Assembly (NCBI GenBank): GCA_964202455.1
Contig: CAXNIJ010000005.1
Location: 18,171-82,170, forward strand
Length of the DNA stretch: 64,000 nt
Direction of reading: 5' to 3'
DNA from: Candidatus Pacearchaeota archaeon
GTDB taxonomy: Archaea > Nanobdellota > Nanobdellia > Pacearchaeales > GW2011-AR1
Shown: in pieces, positions 18,218 to 27,691 of the stretch
Position numbering within the stretch: position 1 is the stretch's first letter
How the letters are laid out: each line of letters begins with the position of its first letter
Program-made: the position numbers and the translations under genes
The notes under the pieces: model-generated
What the model was told of the DNA's origin: nothing
The model's database searches: none
Seen by the model: only the letters and a program-made list of their open reading frames with translations

Positions 18218-19717
18218 CTAATCTAAAAGCTCTTCTCGACTTGCTTGTAATATTTTTAATCTAGTGGGATGTCTAAATTTTTTAAGAACTATCATTTCAA
18301 TTTGTCTAATACGCTCTCGAGTAACGCGATATATTTCTCCTATTTCTGCAAGAGTGCGAGGAGATTCCCCATCAAGACCATATCTTAAAGTGATAATTTT
18401 TCTCTCTTGCGGTTTTAATGTGTCTAGTAAATCTCTAATATTATCTCCTACTAAAGAGTTATGTGCCCCTTCATAGGGTTTTAATTGTGAAGTATCTTCA
18501 ATTTGATTATATAGGTTCGTATCAGTATTCTCTCCAATTTGAGAATCAAGATATATTTTTTCTTTTCCAGCATTTAAAGTTCTTTTTATTGTATTTTCAT
18601 TAAATCCGGTAGCGCTTGCAATATCTTCTATTGTTGGGGTGTATCGTAATTCATCTTCTTGATGTTCTTCATATAAATTTTTTATGGCTAAATTAATCTT
18701 AGAGAGATCTTCTTGCACATGTATTGGGATACGGATACCTGAACTAGATTCTTGAAATTCTCTTCTAACTGCCTGTTTTATCCACCAGAGACCATATGTT
18801 GAAAACTTATAACCTCTGTCTACATCAAACTTTTCTATCCCCCTCATTAGTCCTATGTTGCCCATAGAGTGAAGATCTTCAATTGAAACAAATGTACCTC
18901 CTAGCTTCAATTCGAATTTTCTGGCGTAATAATAAACAAGACGTTGATTACGTTTCATTATTTCTTCCCTATTTTGATAGTAAATTGCTCGATGTCTTAA
19001 AATATCTTTTAAAATATCTGTAAGTGTTTCTGGAACAATGCCCAATTCTGCGGCAATAGCGTTATAAATTTGGATCTGTCTAGAATGAGAAAATTCGTCT
19101 CTTTTAGAAAAATCTTGCCAACTTTCTATTTTTGAAGCATATTCTATAAGTCCTGGAATATGTTCTTCCCCTTCTAATCTATTCTCTAGATTTTGCACGT
19201 TAGCATTCCAAGGAATCAGTGTTTTAGATTGCTCAAGACTATTTTTCTCTATAATTTTTGAAATGGAGGGATTGTATTTTCCTGAATTAGCCAATAATGC
19301 CCTATTTGAATAAACTAATTCATAGACTTCTGGAACAACTGAATTTGCACTATCTATTATTTCTTGAGGTTCTTTATTAAAACTGCGTCTAATCATCGTT
19401 TGAGACATTTGTGAAGAAATTCCATTTGCTCCTAATTGAGCTACACGAAATGCAGCTAGACCTACAAGAAGAGTATTTTCTGTCCAACTCTTATATGCAC
19501 TTTTAAGACTTAAAAATAAATCTCTTTCTTCTTTTGGAGTTAATATGGAATGAGCCAATAGTTTGTTCAAATAGGGAATATTTCTAACTTCTTCATCTTT
19601 TGGAATATAAACAGTATCAGATTCATATTCTTTTAATTCTTGAGATGGGGGTTCTGCAAGATCCTCAAGTAAGTAAGGGGTTTTTGGTTGATTTTCTGAA
19701 TTATCTAATTGGTTCAT
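18218..19717 (-). CDS. Bacterial-type RNA polymerase sigma-70 family protein (regions 1.2, 2, 3, 4 recognisable)
   Basis: Region 1.2-like YLNKLLAHSILTPKEERDLF. Region 2: NQRLVYYYARKF...GNIGLMRGIEKFDVDRGYKFSTYGLWWIKQAVRREF. Region 3: IRIPIHVQEDLSKIN. Region 4: ERKIITLRYGLDGESPRTLAEIGEIYRVTRERIRQIEMIVLKKFRHP. Confidence 0.9.
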   Translation of the reverse strand: MNQLDNSENQPKTPYLLEDLAEPPSQELKEYESDTVYIPKDEEVRNIPYLNKLLAHSILTPKEERDLFLSLKSAYKSWTENTLLVGLAAFRVAQLGANGISSQMSQTMIRRSFNKEPQEIIDSANSVVPEVYELVYSNRALLANSGKYNPSISKIIEKNSLEQSKTLIPWNANVQNLENRLEGEEHIPGLIEYASKIESWQDFSKRDEFSHSRQIQIYNAIAAELGIVPETLTDILKDILRHRAIYYQNREEIMKRNQRLVYYYARKFELKLGGTFVSIEDLHSMGNIGLMRGIEKFDVDRGYKFSTYGLWWIKQAVRREFQESSSGIRIPIHVQEDLSKINLAIKNLYEEHQEDELRYTPTIEDIASATGFNENTIKRTLNAGKEKIYLDSQIGENTDTNLYNQIEDTSQLKPYEGAHNSLVGDNIRDLLDTLKPQERKIITLRYGLDGESPRTLAEIGEIYRVTRERIRQIEMIVLKKFRHPTRLKILQASREELLD

Positions 19718-20558
19718 TAGGTTGTTTCAAGCGATATTTATTTCCCTCTTCACCATTCCATTTGTCAACAAGAAGAGGAAGATTTTCAGGCCTATAGGTT
19801 TTTTCTCCAGCATTTCCCGTTTGAACATCTAATAAGTTCTCTGAACCTATAAGAAATTGTTCTGGAACATTAACTCTTTCAGATATGCGAACAACACTAT
19901 AAGGGGCCCTTATTCCATCATTAGTTTTTTTATCAATTGTAGAAATATCTATCCCTTCTTTTTGTGTGTTTTTTTGTTCATTTAGTTTATCAGTTTTTGG
20001 AACAGAAACATTATTTTTTCTTTTAGAGTTGTAAACCTGAATAATTCCATCTATTGCCTCTCTTACCAGAGGAGTATTTTTATATTGATATCCTCTATGT
20101 GATTTTTTAGAATTATTTAACAAAATTGTATTTTCTCTAGCCAATTGAATAAAATTCACATAACTATTGTGAGGTATACCTCTTACCAGCATATAATGTC
20201 TTAACCCATAATACTCATTTTCGGAAAGTTGTGTTTGAATTGTATTTTGAGTATTGACCGGTTGAGGAGGTGAACATAATTGAGGAATATTGTTTGAAAT
20301 ATTATTTGCCGATGTGCTAATTTCAGAAGGAATTAGCTTTTGTTCAAGAGTGCTTAATTCAATCTTCATTGTCTCGGCTAAATCTTTTAATTTAGGTAAA
20401 ACTGTTTGATAGTATTGCAATCTGGATAGATTTTCGTTAGAATTATTTCCTGAACTTACGATTCGAAATAAATCTATGGCTGCACGCATAGAAGCACGAG
20501 TAATACTTTCGCTCAAATCGTGTTCGAATTCATTCGGGTTTAATTTTTTCACGCTCAT
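19701..20558 (-). CDS. Hypothetical protein, upstream of and overlapping the sigma-70 homologue by 17 nt
   Basis: ORF only; no motif recognised. Confidence 0.45.
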   Translation of the reverse strand: MSVKKLNPNEFEHDLSESITRASMRAAIDLFRIVSSGNNSNENLSRLQYYQTVLPKLKDLAETMKIELSTLEQKLIPSEISTSANNISNNIPQLCSPPQPVNTQNTIQTQLSENEYYGLRHYMLVRGIPHNSYVNFIQLARENTILLNNSKKSHRGYQYKNTPLVREAIDGIIQVYNSKRKNNVSVPKTDKLNEQKNTQKEGIDISTIDKKTNDGIRAPYSVVRISERVNVPEQFLIGSENLLDVQTGNAGEKTYRPENLPLLVDKWNGEEGNKYRLKQPNEPIR

Positions 20559-20674
20559 AATTGCAGAAAATCCTTACTTTTAAAGATTAAGGTGATAAAT
20601 ATATCTGTTTTAAGAAATTAATTAGACTATTATTTTGAATACAATAATCCATATAAACTCTAACTATGTTAATG

Positions 20675-20937
20675 AACTTGACGACTGAGAAAACTTTCAG
20701 TCATCGAAAATTTCTTATTTTCTAGTGCATCCAAGAATTCACTAAAGAATTCTCGGTGTCTTGAGGCGTTCAGGAATCTAAGATTCCTGACAAAACCGCA
20801 CCATTCAAATATTTACAATTCTTGACGACCATCAAGAACAGCAGTTCTTGAGGCTGAGAAACTCTTCGAGTTTCGAGGCGATCAGAAACTTTCAGTTTCT
20901 GACGTTTTAAGTTAAGGTAGCGCATCGTTTTTATGAT
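20675..20937 (+). repeat. Mosaic hairpin element, copy B
   Basis: Head aacttgacgactgagaaaac. About 8 hairpin modules (e.g. tcaggaatctaagattcctga, tcaagaacagcagttcttga, gaaactcttcgagtttc, tcagaaactttcagtttctga). Tail cgttttaagttaaggtagcgcatcgtttttatgat. Confidence 0.85.
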
Positions 20938-21026
20938 ATAATTGCAATTTATTTTTAAATGAACATTTTATGAAAGTGGCAGTCAAGCATAGTCATATTT
21001 AAGTATGGGCCCATCTTTGTTTTTTT

Positions 21027-21404
21027 ATGAATCGTGCAACTATTCCATTTTTTACACCCTCTTCAGCAAGTTTACTTGCTCGGTTAGAAAATTCAGAATG
21101 TTCATTTTGGAAAGATCTTGAACGCAGTCAATTTGAAGTTTTGTCTGAACAAGATGTTCCTGGATGGAAGATTGAACAGCAGACTAATGGAGACACATAT
21201 CTTATAGTGGCTCGAAGAAAAGATGTTGGACAAACAAAATCCTATTATGTGACTGTTTTTGACTTAAATGTTAAAAAACAAAAAGAGGATTCACAAAATA
21301 CCTTGCTAGATATTCCAAATTATATGCTAGATACTTATACTGCAAGAGATTTTGCTGATGCATTCACAACTTATTTAGCAGCGATTAAACATTTCAATAA
21401 ATAA
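21027..21404 (+). CDS. Hypothetical protein
   Basis: ORF only. Confidence 0.4.
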   Translation: MNRATIPFFTPSSASLLARLENSECSFWKDLERSQFEVLSEQDVPGWKIEQQTNGDTYLIVARRKDVGQTKSYYVTVFDLNVKKQKEDSQNTLLDIPNYMLDTYTARDFADAFTTYLAAIKHFNK

Positions 21405-21529
21405 AAATTATAAACGTATTACTTATGAGCTGCTATTTTAAGAAGATTTAAATAGCCTCAAATCAATTCAAAATTACAAATCGTTCTCTTTAAGGATTAG
21501 TTTCTTTTTTAGTGCGTTTTTAATTCATA

Positions 21530-21709
21530 ATGTATAAACCCAATAGTTCAAGAGGGCGCACACCATATAAGGAACCAGATAGACATTGTTCTTGCGGCGG
21601 AATTGTTAAATTAAAAAAAAGACGTAATTTTCCACATGGTCGAGCGTCAGATAGTAGAACTATTCAATATAGAGTTTGTAGTTCTTGTCAGAAGAAAACT
21701 GCAGCTTAA
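21530..21709 (+). CDS. Small Cys-containing protein (59 aa), not in the ORF track
   Basis: Hand translation: MYKPNSSRGRTPYKEPDRHCSCGGIVKLKKRRNFPHGRASDSRTIQYRVCSSCQKKTAA. CxC...CxxC suggests a zinc ribbon. Confidence 0.4.
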   Translation: MYKPNSSRGRTPYKEPDRHCSCGGIVKLKKRRNFPHGRASDSRTIQYRVCSSCQKKTAA

Positions 21710-21726
21710 CTGAATACTCGTTCGAT

Positions 21727-21769
21727 GTGAATCTTTGATTCACGACATGCTCAGGAAATCTGTTCCTGA
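21727..21769 (+). repeat. Two hairpin modules related to the mosaic family (fragment G, no conserved termini)
   Basis: gtgaatctttgattcac shares gaatctttgattc with copy F. tcaggaaatctgttcctga resembles tcaggaatctaagattcctga in copy B. Confidence 0.45.
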
Positions 21770-21858
21770 CAATCCCTCGTAAACTTGGAATTATTCAAAC
21801 TTCTCTACAGAAAAAACAACATAAACAGCTTTTTATACCTCTTTGTTATATTATCGCC

Positions 21859-23769
21859 ATGGTAAACAAAAAAACATTTTACGTTACAACTCCAATATAT
21901 TATCCTGATGATGTGCCCCATATAGGGCACGCATATACAACTTTAGCTGGAGATGTGCTTACGCGCTGGAATAAATTACAAGGAAAAGAAGTTTTCTTTC
22001 TTACTGGAACGGATGAACATGGTAAGAAAATAGAAGAAGCTGCTGCAAAGGCAGGGAAGACATCAAAGACTTTCGTAGATAGTTTAATTCCTGAATTTAA
22101 AGATGCTTGGAAAAAATTAAACCTACATTATGATCGGTTTATAAGAACTACTGATGCAGACCATGAACAAGTTGTCCAGACAATTTTATCAGAAGTTCAT
22201 AAGAAGGGAGATATTTATGAAGGATATTATGAGGGATATTATTGCAATGCTTGCGAGAGATATTTTACTGATAAAGATGCGCCTGATAAAATATGTCCAA
22301 TTCATAATAAATTGCTAGATCATTTAAAAGAAGAAACTTATTTCTTTAAACTTTCTAAATATCAAAATAAACTTCTTGAATTTTATAAGAAAAATCCAGA
22401 TTTTATTATGCCAGAAAATAGAAAGAAAGAAATTGTAAATCGAGTTAAGGAAGGTTTGCAAGATTTGAGTATTACTCGAACATCATTTGATTGGGGAATC
22501 CGCGTTCCGTTTGATAAAGGCCATATTTGTTATGTTTGGTTTGATGCACTTGCTAATTATTTAACTGGAATTGGATATTTGGAAAGAAAAGAACAATTTA
22601 AAAAATTCTGGCCTGCTGATGTGCATTTAGTTGGAAAAGATATTCTATGGTTTCATGCAGTTATATGGCCTGCAATGCTTTTTTCTATTGGAATCGTTCC
22701 TCCAAAGAAGATATTTGCACATGGATGGTGGACAGTTAATGGTGAGAAAATGGGGAAATCTGCAGGTAATGCTGTGAAAGTTGATCAATTGACTAATCTT
22801 GCTGGAGTGGATAGTGCAAGATATTTTTTACTACGTGCCGCGCCATTTGGAGATGATGGAGACTTTTCTCAGAATGCACTAATTGAGAGACATAATAATG
22901 AGTTAGCCAATAAACTAGGGAACCTTGTGAGCAGACTTTCTACACTCGCTGAACAAAATGGTTTAAAGAAAGATAAAATTCCTAGTGTTTTAGAATCGAA
23001 GAAGCTTATTAAAAGTGTAAATGCCCATTTTGAAGAGTTAGCGTTTGATAAAATACTAAATGAGATATTTGGTTTTATTGATTCCATTAATACTTTCTTA
23101 CAAGATAAGAAACCTTGGAAAACAAAAGATTCAAAAGTGCTTTACCAAGCAGTTAGTGCACTGAAAGATGCAGCTATTCTTCTTTCGCCATTTATGCCTG
23201 AAACGACTGAGAAGATTGCAAATACTTTTCATTTTGAAATATCTAATGATGCGCTTAAAACTTCTCTAGACATCAGTAAGATTAAAAAGTCAGATATACT
23301 TTTTAAGAAGATAGATACTATGACATTTCCACCTTTCAAGAAGCAAGATAATATCGTGAGTAAAACGGTTGTAGCTAAAGCTCCTGTTCAACAAATGCAG
23401 AAGGCAGACTTGAAGATGCATGCTCTTGAAGGCGTTGCAAATATCGTTGATTTTGCTCATTGGGATAAAATTGATTTACGAGTTGCAAAGATTGAGAAAG
23501 CGGAGGATATTGAAGGAGCAGATAAATTGTATAAATTAAGTATTTCTTTGGGAAGTGAAAAAAGAACTATTTGTGCAGGATTAAAGAAGTTTTATTCTAA
23601 GAATGAACTAGAAGGGAAAAAATGCATTGTTATTGCAAATCTTGCTCCAAGAGTGATGAAAGGTGTTGTTTCTCAGGGAATGATACTTGCAGCTGTAAGT
23701 GAAGATGATAGTCAAGTTGTTATTCTTGTGCCTGAAAAAGATATTAAAGAAGGAAGTAAAGTTAGGTAG
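21859..23769 (+). CDS. metG: Methionyl-tRNA synthetase with a C-terminal tRNA-binding (EMAP/Trbp111-like) domain
   Basis: HIGHAYT, KMGKSAGN, zinc knuckle CNACERY..CPIH, and C-terminal DLRVAKIEKAEDIEGADKLYKLSISLG. Confidence 0.95.
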   Translation: MVNKKTFYVTTPIYYPDDVPHIGHAYTTLAGDVLTRWNKLQGKEVFFLTGTDEHGKKIEEAAAKAGKTSKTFVDSLIPEFKDAWKKLNLHYDRFIRTTDADHEQVVQTILSEVHKKGDIYEGYYEGYYCNACERYFTDKDAPDKICPIHNKLLDHLKEETYFFKLSKYQNKLLEFYKKNPDFIMPENRKKEIVNRVKEGLQDLSITRTSFDWGIRVPFDKGHICYVWFDALANYLTGIGYLERKEQFKKFWPADVHLVGKDILWFHAVIWPAMLFSIGIVPPKKIFAHGWWTVNGEKMGKSAGNAVKVDQLTNLAGVDSARYFLLRAAPFGDDGDFSQNALIERHNNELANKLGNLVSRLSTLAEQNGLKKDKIPSVLESKKLIKSVNAHFEELAFDKILNEIFGFIDSINTFLQDKKPWKTKDSKVLYQAVSALKDAAILLSPFMPETTEKIANTFHFEISNDALKTSLDISKIKKSDILFKKIDTMTFPPFKKQDNIVSKTVVAKAPVQQMQKADLKMHALEGVANIVDFAHWDKIDLRVAKIEKAEDIEGADKLYKLSISLGSEKRTICAGLKKFYSKNELEGKKCIVIANLAPRVMKGVVSQGMILAAVSEDDSQVVILVPEKDIKEGSKVR

Positions 23770-23842
23770 ATTTTCTTGAGACAGATGTCTTAACAATTTA
23801 CAACACAACAATCTTTAAAAATAACAAGAAAGAATAAAAAGA

Positions 23843-24337
23843 ATGAAATATATGAATAGCCGAGGTGTCGAGGTCCATTTTATTGATGAAGCAATCGTTT
23901 TTGGTTCGAACAATTCTAATTCCCTTCTTGATGCTTTTTCCGGAGAAAGAGAAACTCCCATTTTAAAAGCAAATACCAATCACCCATATGTCATGATCTA
24001 TCGCGTTTGTGGACCTTTGACAATGATCCCAAATATGTCTCATTGTCTTGACTTGCCTTCTGAACTTGTTGGAGAAAGATCGGCTTTACGAATGACTAGA
24101 CCAGAAGCAATACAAATAGAATGGCCCATGTGGCCGCAACCTTTCAAGATTCTTACGCCCAGAGTAAACTTCTATGATCTAGCTCCTAATTGGGGAAATA
24201 TTGCGAAAGAATATCTTGTTCTTACTGCACCACATTTTCATTTTGAACAGGGATATTGTATTGTTGGATCGGAACTTTGCAGAAAGCAATTAGAATTGTG
24301 GAATGTCAAAGATTCATCAATAGAATTTCTTCTCTGA
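23843..24337 (+). CDS. Hypothetical protein
   Basis: ORF only. Confidence 0.4.
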   Translation: MKYMNSRGVEVHFIDEAIVFGSNNSNSLLDAFSGERETPILKANTNHPYVMIYRVCGPLTMIPNMSHCLDLPSELVGERSALRMTRPEAIQIEWPMWPQPFKILTPRVNFYDLAPNWGNIAKEYLVLTAPHFHFEQGYCIVGSELCRKQLELWNVKDSSIEFLL

Positions 24338-24438
24338 TGTCTAGGAACTTGATGACTGAGAAAACATTTGGTTTTCGAGGCGTTCTGGAATAGTAGATTC
24401 CTGATGTTTCAAGGTTAGGTGACGTATCGTGCTTTGAT
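24338..24438 (+). repeat. Mosaic hairpin element, copy C (short, diverged)
   Basis: tgtctaggaacttgatgactgagaaaac...ctggaatagtagattcctga...ggttaggtgacgtatcgtgctttgat. It starts 1 nt after the stop codon at 24335-24337. Confidence 0.75.
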
Positions 24439-24498
24439 AGATTTATTTTGTCAAAGAGATATAAATTCTTGAATTAGCAAGATATCTGAATTTTTTCT

Positions 24499-25407
24499 TC
24501 AACATTTACGAGAAAAGCGAGGCTCTGAGATAAGGCAGGTTTTTATGGGAAAACGATTTTCGGGGGTTGAAACTCGGGCAATTTGTTCAGCAGAGAATGT
24601 GATCACCCCTTGATAGTAAGGAGAGTAAGCAAGGTTTTTCTTTTTTAAGGTCGTTATTTTTAAATTTCTTTGAGCAGAAGCTTCAAATTCAGGATAAAGC
24701 AAATTTATCGTAGATGTTAAAAAATTTGCATCTTCTTCTATTTCAACTTTGGAATGCTTACTTGTTAAACTTAATAAACAAGTAAAATTATCTTCAGAAA
24801 ATGAGCTACATGCATCAAAATAGACAGTTATTAAATCATGTAATAATCTTCTTGCGATTCTATGGTTAGAGATATTTAATGATTTGTAATTTTCTTTTAA
24901 GAAAGTTAGATAATTTGGTATTTTCGTGCCTCTTTCAGATTTAGAATTTCTGTGAAATTTTGGTAGATTTTCTCTTTCTTCTGGAAGACTAGTTGAAAAT
25001 CCTAAAAGATATAATAACCTTGCATATTGGCCTCCGTTTTCACCAAAGCGATGGTCTTTTTCTGCACTATGAAATGTGAGACCTAAATCTTTTTTACATC
25101 TTTGAATCAAAGTGGGCTGTTGTCTGCTGCGATTTCCCAGCGTGCCATTAAAACCAAGGGGTTTGCCTTCTGAATTATAGTCTTTTGCATAAAGTGTTCC
25201 TGAAAGTTGAGTATATAAGCCAACAATTGAAATTAATGGAAGATTTGGATTGTCGTATCTTATTGCATCTTTTTTACCTCTGAAAATTTCGTGCGAATCT
25301 AAAACTTCTGCTTCTCGCTCTCCGCGCCATGGATAACTATAACTTTGAGTAAATTCTTCTCTAGTGAGTAAGACTTCATTTTTGAGAGAAGCATTCTTTA
25401 TTGACAT
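24499..25407 (-). CDS. Hypothetical protein
   Basis: ORF. ATG at 25407 preferred over the TTG at 25416. No motif recognised. Confidence 0.4.
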   Translation of the reverse strand: MSIKNASLKNEVLLTREEFTQSYSYPWRGEREAEVLDSHEIFRGKKDAIRYDNPNLPLISIVGLYTQLSGTLYAKDYNSEGKPLGFNGTLGNRSRQQPTLIQRCKKDLGLTFHSAEKDHRFGENGGQYARLLYLLGFSTSLPEERENLPKFHRNSKSERGTKIPNYLTFLKENYKSLNISNHRIARRLLHDLITVYFDACSSFSEDNFTCLLSLTSKHSKVEIEEDANFLTSTINLLYPEFEASAQRNLKITTLKKKNLAYSPYYQGVITFSAEQIARVSTPENRFPIKTCLISEPRFSRKC

Positions 25408-25463
25408 AAAAATCAAGTTAAATAGAAGTTTATAAACTTAAGCTTAAATATTTATGAGTGAGA

Positions 25464-26216
25464 TTATCCAAATAATCTTTCAAAAATAGTATAATCTTCT
25501 TTGTAACTGTTGTTGCCTATTATTCTTGCGGCAATATGACGATAGGCACGAGCAGCTTTACTTTTTGGATGTGTATGAAGTATTGCATCTTTCATTACTA
25601 AAGCAGATTGCATATTCTTATCTTCAGGAACAACACCCAATATGGGTAGTTCAAGCATATCTTTTACATTTGCAATAGGCATTTCTGTTTTTTGTCCCCT
25701 TACTCTTGTGATAATAACTCCCCTTATTTGTTTTCCTAACTCTTCTATTACTTTACTAGCTTTTAAGGCGTCAGTAACTGCAGGAATTTCTGGATTTGTC
25801 ACCAGTATTATTTCGTCGCATGCCTCCATGGCAGCTATTGCTTCTTCACCTAGACCTGCAGCAGAATCATAGATAATATAATCTGCCATCTTTCTAAGCT
25901 TTTTTCCCACATCTTTAAGTTTTCCATGATTGAGTCTTCTTAATTCTCTTACCGATAGAGAGCTAGGTATAATTTTCAGGCCAGATTCATGTTCATATAG
26001 TGCATCAGAAATTTTCGCCTTGCCCAATAGAACATGATTAAGACTAATGGGCACTATGGGTGCTCCCAAGTGTAATCCTATATTCGGAGTTGTTAAATTT
26101 GCGTCTAGAACGATTACCTCTTTACCAAAAGCATTTAATGCTGCACCTAAGTTAATTGCAGTTGTCGTTTTTCCGACCCCACCCTTTCCTGAAGTAATTG
26201 TAATAAGTTTCGTCAT
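25464..26216 (-). CDS. minD: MinD/ParA-family P-loop ATPase
   Basis: Deviant Walker A SGKGGVGKTT, IVLDAN, IIYDSAAG. ATG at 26216 preferred over the GTG at 26228. Confidence 0.85.
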   Translation of the reverse strand: MTKLITITSGKGGVGKTTTAINLGAALNAFGKEVIVLDANLTTPNIGLHLGAPIVPISLNHVLLGKAKISDALYEHESGLKIIPSSLSVRELRRLNHGKLKDVGKKLRKMADYIIYDSAAGLGEEAIAAMEACDEIILVTNPEIPAVTDALKASKVIEELGKQIRGVIITRVRGQKTEMPIANVKDMLELPILGVVPEDKNMQSALVMKDAILHTHPKSKAARAYRHIAARIIGNNSYKEDYTIFERLFG

Positions 26217-26321
26217 GATATTTTCCACCGAAAATTAAAGAACCCTCGCTAGAGTAATCTTTAAGCCTCAAAATGGGAAATATATTCTTCCGGGTTGAGT
26301 AATCGATTGGAACAAAGAAAG

Positions 26322-26747
26322 TTATTTAAGGGCACTTATAAACCTTTCTAAAGTTGCAGCATATTCCTTTAATTTTTCGAGATTAATATTAGTTATTTGT
26401 CCCTTATATGTAACTCTTAGGTTTACGCCTTTTCTAAATTCATTTTCTCTTACTTTTTCTAATTGTTCTATGTCTCTAAAGAGTTCGTATAGTTTAAGCG
26501 CTTCACTTACTTCTTTGTTATTTGTATAAATATTTTTGAGTTGAATTAATTTTGCACGAGGAGCATCCGGAGTAGGTTTCCATTTCTTTTGTTTTTTTGC
26601 TTTTTCTACTAGATAGTCCATGCCTAGTTCTATCATCATTTTCCATCTAAGTAGAAGATTGATTATAACATCGCAAGTTTTAGTATATTTTAGGCTAACA
26701 TACAACAAATGATCTGCACTAATCTTTTCTTTTATTATAAGCTCCAT
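26322..26747 (-). CDS. Hypothetical protein
   Basis: ORF only. Confidence 0.4.
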   Translation of the reverse strand: MELIIKEKISADHLLYVSLKYTKTCDVIINLLLRWKMMIELGMDYLVEKAKKQKKWKPTPDAPRAKLIQLKNIYTNNKEVSEALKLYELFRDIEQLEKVRENEFRKGVNLRVTYKGQITNINLEKLKEYAATLERFISALK

Positions 26748-26789
26748 AAGTAATAAATTGGGTATTCCTGTACAAGGGATAGATCCCTT

Positions 26790-27302
26790 TTATACCTTTC
26801 TGGAGGCTATAATTCGGCTTTTTAGAGATTTTAAGAGTTTATTAATAACTAAAATTCCAGATCTAATTGTTTGGAGAGAAACTTCATCTAAAGTTCCATC
26901 ATCGTTGAGTATTCGTGCTTTTTGATTTTGAGAGAAAGTGCATCCACTTTTTTGATAGTTCTTTCCCAGTTCTAATATTCTTTGTAAGATTTTTATTTGT
27001 GTTTTAGTCAAAGAGTAGGTTTTTGGTGAAATTTTGAAGAAAAGTTCTTTATTTTTTTCAGGATTTATAGAAAGTTTGATGTTTCCGGAGATATATTCTA
27101 ATTTGAGTGAGAGAGAAATTAGGGTTAACTCGGCTTTTGCCAATTGTTCTAGCGCCCTAAGTAGAATTTTTGAGTCTTCTAGTTGAGAGTAGATTTTTTC
27201 TGCTAAGTTATTCGCGCTTAAAATTTGTTTTTCAGATTCAATTATTGATTTTTGAATTTCTTTTTGGATAGAATAATTTGACACTCGATTAACTTCTAGC
27301 AT
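26790..27302 (-). CDS. Hypothetical protein
   Basis: ORF only. The start overlaps the NAC stop by 14 nt. Confidence 0.4.
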   Translation of the reverse strand: MLEVNRVSNYSIQKEIQKSIIESEKQILSANNLAEKIYSQLEDSKILLRALEQLAKAELTLISLSLKLEYISGNIKLSINPEKNKELFFKISPKTYSLTKTQIKILQRILELGKNYQKSGCTFSQNQKARILNDDGTLDEVSLQTIRSGILVINKLLKSLKSRIIASRKV

Positions 27303-27621
27303 TTATAATGGCCTCTGCAATATCTCCATTTGCATCTTCTAGTGCTTTTTTAGCTATATCTTTTGATACTGAAGCTTTTATTGAGACCATTTCTATATCT
27401 TCTTCTGAAATGCCAGATTCCTTTGTTTCTTCTCTTGCTTCACCAGTGATTTGGTAGCTTTCTTGACCTTGCATGACTATTTTTTGAACATTAGCTGGTT
27501 GGATAATAATTTTTTTATCAGTGCATTCTAGAATGACTCTCTCTACTTCTATTTCTTCTTGCTTGATGCCCATTTGTTTCATCATAGCTTGCATTTTTTT
27601 AGGATCTATTCCGCCAAACAT
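27289..27621 (-). CDS. nac: Nascent polypeptide-associated complex protein (NAC domain + UBA)
   Basis: MQAMMKQMGIKQEEI..., NAC beta-barrel segment, and C-terminal UBA-like DIAKKALEDANGDIAEAI. Confidence 0.85.
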   Translation of the reverse strand: MFGGIDPKKMQAMMKQMGIKQEEIEVERVILECTDKKIIIQPANVQKIVMQGQESYQITGEAREETKESGISEEDIEMVSIKASVSKDIAKKALEDANGDIAEAIINARS

Positions 27622-27691
27622 AACTCTGCGAGAAAATTATGCTATAAATACTTTTGCAAAACTTTAAATTCTAGTTTTTCTATTCATTTAG

